DNA from: Candidatus Calescibacterium sp.
GTDB lineage: Bacteria; Calescibacteriota; Calescibacteriia; Calescibacteriales; Calescibacteriaceae
DNA length: 64,000 nucleotides
Direction: 5' to 3'
Assembly: GCA_032249135.1 (NCBI GenBank)
Contig: JAVVGL010000003.1
Coordinates: 1-64,000, forward strand
Shown here: piece by piece, positions 61,348 through 64,000 of the stretch
Position numbering within the stretch: the stretch's first letter is position 1
Layout of the letters: each line of letters begins with the position of its first letter
Made by a program: the position numbers and the translations under genes
The notes under the pieces: generated by a model
What the model was told of the DNA's origin: nothing
Database searches by the model: none
Seen by the model: only the letters and a program-made list of their open reading frames with translations

Positions 61348-63954
61348 GTTTTTTCCCTGAACACTTGAAGGACCCAGTATAACAACGAAAAATTCATCCT
61401 TGAGATATTTTTCAATCACCTTATTTATATCTTCTTTTTTTACAGATTTTATTTTTTCTTGGAGTTTTTTGTAAAAGTCAAATCCAAGCCCTAAAAATTC
61501 GCTTTGAGCGATTTCAGAAGCCCAATCTGAATTTGATTGCAAAGATCTCCTTATGACTCCGAGCAGAACGTTTATTCCCCTTGATATTTCCTCATCAGTT
61601 AATGTGTTGAGGTTTTTGAGTTCTTCCTTCAAGCCGGTTATGGATTCCGTTAATTTTTCAGGAGCTGACGCAATATATCCTCCGAATAGTCCTCCTGCTA
61701 CGAAAGAGTGTCTTAAAGGAGCAACAACATAGGCAAGTCCCTTCTTTTCTCTGAGGTTCATAAAAAGCCGCCCACCCATTCCAGAAATTGAAGATACCAA
61801 GACTCGTAAGATAATTGCGTCATCATCAAAAATAGAAGGACCGCAGATCCCGACAACTATATGAACCTGATTTCCTTCTCTCGGAATGAATTTTTCTTTT
61901 GCTTTTTCATCCCTACAAGCAAATTTTTGAGGGAAAGATATATTCTTTTCTTTTTTCTTCTCAAAAAGTTCAAATCCATAAAAGTAAATGGATTTTAGAA
62001 TTTCAGACGAGTCAGAGAAATCTCCGACAATAGATATGACTATTTTTTCCGGGTCAGAAAGTAAAAATTTCCAAAAATCAATAAGGTCTTCTCTTTTTGC
62101 GGATTCAATTACTTCTTTTTTTGCTCCTTCTGGAAATGCATAAGGAGTTCCATCAAAGACAAGTTTGAAAAATTCATCAAAGGCTTGGACCTGTGGCTCA
62201 TCATATCTTGTTCTCAAAGATTCAAGAATATCATCTTTCATTTTATTTATTTCATCTTGCGGAAAAGTTGGTTTGAGGAGAACATCGAAAAATATTTCAA
62301 ATCCTTTTTCCTTTTTGCTTGAAAGGAAAGAAGAAGATAAAGAAAAAGTGTCAAATCCGGCACTTGCTCCAATAGAGCCTCCTATATCGTATAATTCATC
62401 AAGTATAACTTTTGCAGTTCTGTTTTCTGTTCCACGAGTCAGAGTTTTTGCAGTAAGAAGAGGAATTCCTATCTTTTCTGTACCATAAAGTGCGTTTCCT
62501 CCTGGGAACATTCCGACAACAGAGATAGTCCCTGTTCCTTGAATTTTTTTGAGCAAAATTCTCACGCCGTTTTTCGCTACATATTTCTCAACACCGTCTT
62601 TACTTTCAACTAAACTGAAAGGTAATTCAAATGGCACTTTAAATGAAACAGATTTTACAACACGGGATACTTCTTCTGCAAACTTTGTTTCTTCGTCATT
62701 TATATAAATTCCAACGAGCATTTTCTCCTCATTGATGATTTCTTTTGCTATCTCTTCTACATTTTCTTTTTTTGCTTCAAGGAAAGTTTCTAAAATCTTA
62801 GAAACTCCGTGTGGATCTTCTGTAAGCTGAAACACACTCCCGAATAAAGAAGCTAATCCCCTTACTGATTGTATTCTTGAATAGAGAGAAGATAGGACTG
62901 AACTTTTTACATTTTCAAGCTCTTTTTGTGAAATTCCCAGAAACTTTACTTTTCTCAACTCTTCAACTACTATATCATATATCTTTTTTATGTTTTCACC
63001 TTTTGCTGAAAAAGAAACACTAAAAACTCCAACTCCCACGGGATTCCAATAATCAACATCAATAGAATTTGCAAGTATCTCTTTTATTCTTGTTCTCTCA
63101 TAAAGCCTTTTTTCAAGAATTTCAGCTAAAATGTCAAGATAAACGGATTTTGTTATAGAGAATGGATAACCTAAAAATCCAACTATAACCTTAGCCTCTT
63201 TTTCTTTGCCAGAAATGAAAAATGCAGATGGACCTGAAAAATCAGGGTATTTTTTGACATCTTGTTTTTCAAATAAATTTTTCCTTTCACTTTTTACTTT
63301 ACCGAAAACCTCTTTTATTTTTTTCTCTACAATTTTCTCATCAAAATCACCTGCAACAACAACAAAAATGTTCTCCGGCGAATAAAAAGAAGAATGAAAT
63401 TTTAAAGTGAGATCAGAAGAAATAGACTTTATAGTTTCTTCGTATCCAATAACAGGATGTCCATATGGATGATTTTTGTAAAGCTCTTCAAAAAATTTAT
63501 CAAAAAGTCTATAATCAGGAATGTCACGACCTCTTCTCCATTCTTCCAAGACTACTTCTTTTTCAGTTTGAAATTCTTCCTCTGAAAAGTTTGGTCTGAA
63601 AACTATATCACCTATAACTTCAATAGGGATATGTATATTTTCTGATGGTATTATTGACCAATAGACTGTGTTATCGTAAGATGTCCATGCATTTATGTAT
63701 CCGCCAGCTCTTTCTATTGCATCCGCAACTTCGCTTACTCCTCTTTCTGGACTTCCCTTGAAAACTATATGTTCAAGGATGTGAGCTCCACCGAAAAATT
63801 CAGGAGGTTCATCCGCCGCGCCAGATTTTACCCAAACAAAAACTGCCGATATTTTACTTCCGTCTTTTTTCGGAATAAAAATAACATCAATACCATTTTT
63901 CAATCTGATTTTTTTTACTTCAATTCCTCCAACATATTTTTTCCTCTTTGCCAT
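61345..63954 (-). CDS. M16 family zinc peptidase (pitrilysin/insulinase-like), two lobes fused
   Basis: AHILEHIVFKG (HxxEH), INAWTS.D.TVY, EKEVVLEE; inactive second half with RLFMNLREKKGLAY. Confidence 0.92.
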   Translation of the reverse strand: MAKRKKYVGGIEVKKIRLKNGIDVIFIPKKDGSKISAVFVWVKSGAADEPPEFFGGAHILEHIVFKGSPERGVSEVADAIERAGGYINAWTSYDNTVYWSIIPSENIHIPIEVIGDIVFRPNFSEEEFQTEKEVVLEEWRRGRDIPDYRLFDKFFEELYKNHPYGHPVIGYEETIKSISSDLTLKFHSSFYSPENIFVVVAGDFDEKIVEKKIKEVFGKVKSERKNLFEKQDVKKYPDFSGPSAFFISGKEKEAKVIVGFLGYPFSITKSVYLDILAEILEKRLYERTRIKEILANSIDVDYWNPVGVGVFSVSFSAKGENIKKIYDIVVEELRKVKFLGISQKELENVKSSVLSSLYSRIQSVRGLASLFGSVFQLTEDPHGVSKILETFLEAKKENVEEIAKEIINEEKMLVGIYINDEETKFAEEVSRVVKSVSFKVPFELPFSLVESKDGVEKYVAKNGVRILLKKIQGTGTISVVGMFPGGNALYGTEKIGIPLLTAKTLTRGTENRTAKVILDELYDIGGSIGASAGFDTFSLSSSFLSSKKEKGFEIFFDVLLKPTFPQDEINKMKDDILESLRTRYDEPQVQAFDEFFKLVFDGTPYAFPEGAKKEVIESAKREDLIDFWKFLLSDPEKIVISIVGDFSDSSEILKSIYFYGFELFEKKKEKNISFPQKFACRDEKAKEKFIPREGNQVHIVVGICGPSIFDDDAIILRVLVSSISGMGGRLFMNLREKKGLAYVVAPLRHSFVAGGLFGGYIASAPEKLTESITGLKEELKNLNTLTDEEISRGINVLLGVIRRSLQSNSDWASEIAQSEFLGLGFDFYKKLQEKIKSVKKEDINKVIEKYLKDEFFVVILGPSSVQGKN

Positions 63955-64000
63955 ATCTTTTTCCTCCTTTTTATCTTTTTGACCAATTTTGATTTTTTTC

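Noticed and set aside
457-62488. Numerous 60-160 aa ORFs antisense to or overlapping confident genes (e.g. 3253-3579, 22402-22740, 29892-30290, 33806-34285, 58642-58980)
   Set aside because: Ser/Phe/Ile-rich shadows of purine-rich coding strands with no motifs; their recurrence in Rpn and flagellin copies only reflects the duplications.
1-64000. CRISPR array, cas genes, reverse transcriptase, integrase or DDE transposase
   Set aside because: No repeat-spacer periodicity and no matching protein motifs were seen; the short repeats occur only twice each.

Overview
AT-rich chromosomal window from a diderm, flagellated bacterium with an aerobic respiratory chain (BamA, FlgH/FlgI, TolQ, GT9, A-family heme-copper oxidase). 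The very Glu/Lys-rich proteins suggest a thermophile (inference). Most of the window is housekeeping DNA with fragmented operons: atpF/atpF', pstC, pheS, carB, tolQ, ftsL, cysH and one oxidase subunit III gene each stand apart from their usual partners. Intact clusters are flgFGAHIJ behind a sigma-54 motif and a cytochrome c + oxidase II-I-III-IV operon. Main observations: (1) three Rpn/YhgA-like nuclease paralogues, each with an in-frame internal ATG (two with a good Shine-Dalgarno), matching the gene-within-gene toxin/antitoxin layout, plus a collapsed extra C-terminal cassette behind copy 3; (2) a fluoride riboswitch whose 3' strand is complementary to the RBS region of a cation:proton antiporter gene; (3) a decaying region next to tRNA-Val with two broken lipoprotein genes, one reconstructable to about 1383 aa; (4) two near-identical, divergent flagellin genes with different upstream regions and a shared double-GGA leader; (5) an rpsU-like ORF whose stop codon lies inside tRNA-Phe; (6) a methyltransferase/Ddl-like ATP-grasp fusion and a DapF with Ser at the first catalytic Cys. 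All calls come from reading the sequence and motifs by eye; no database searches were run.
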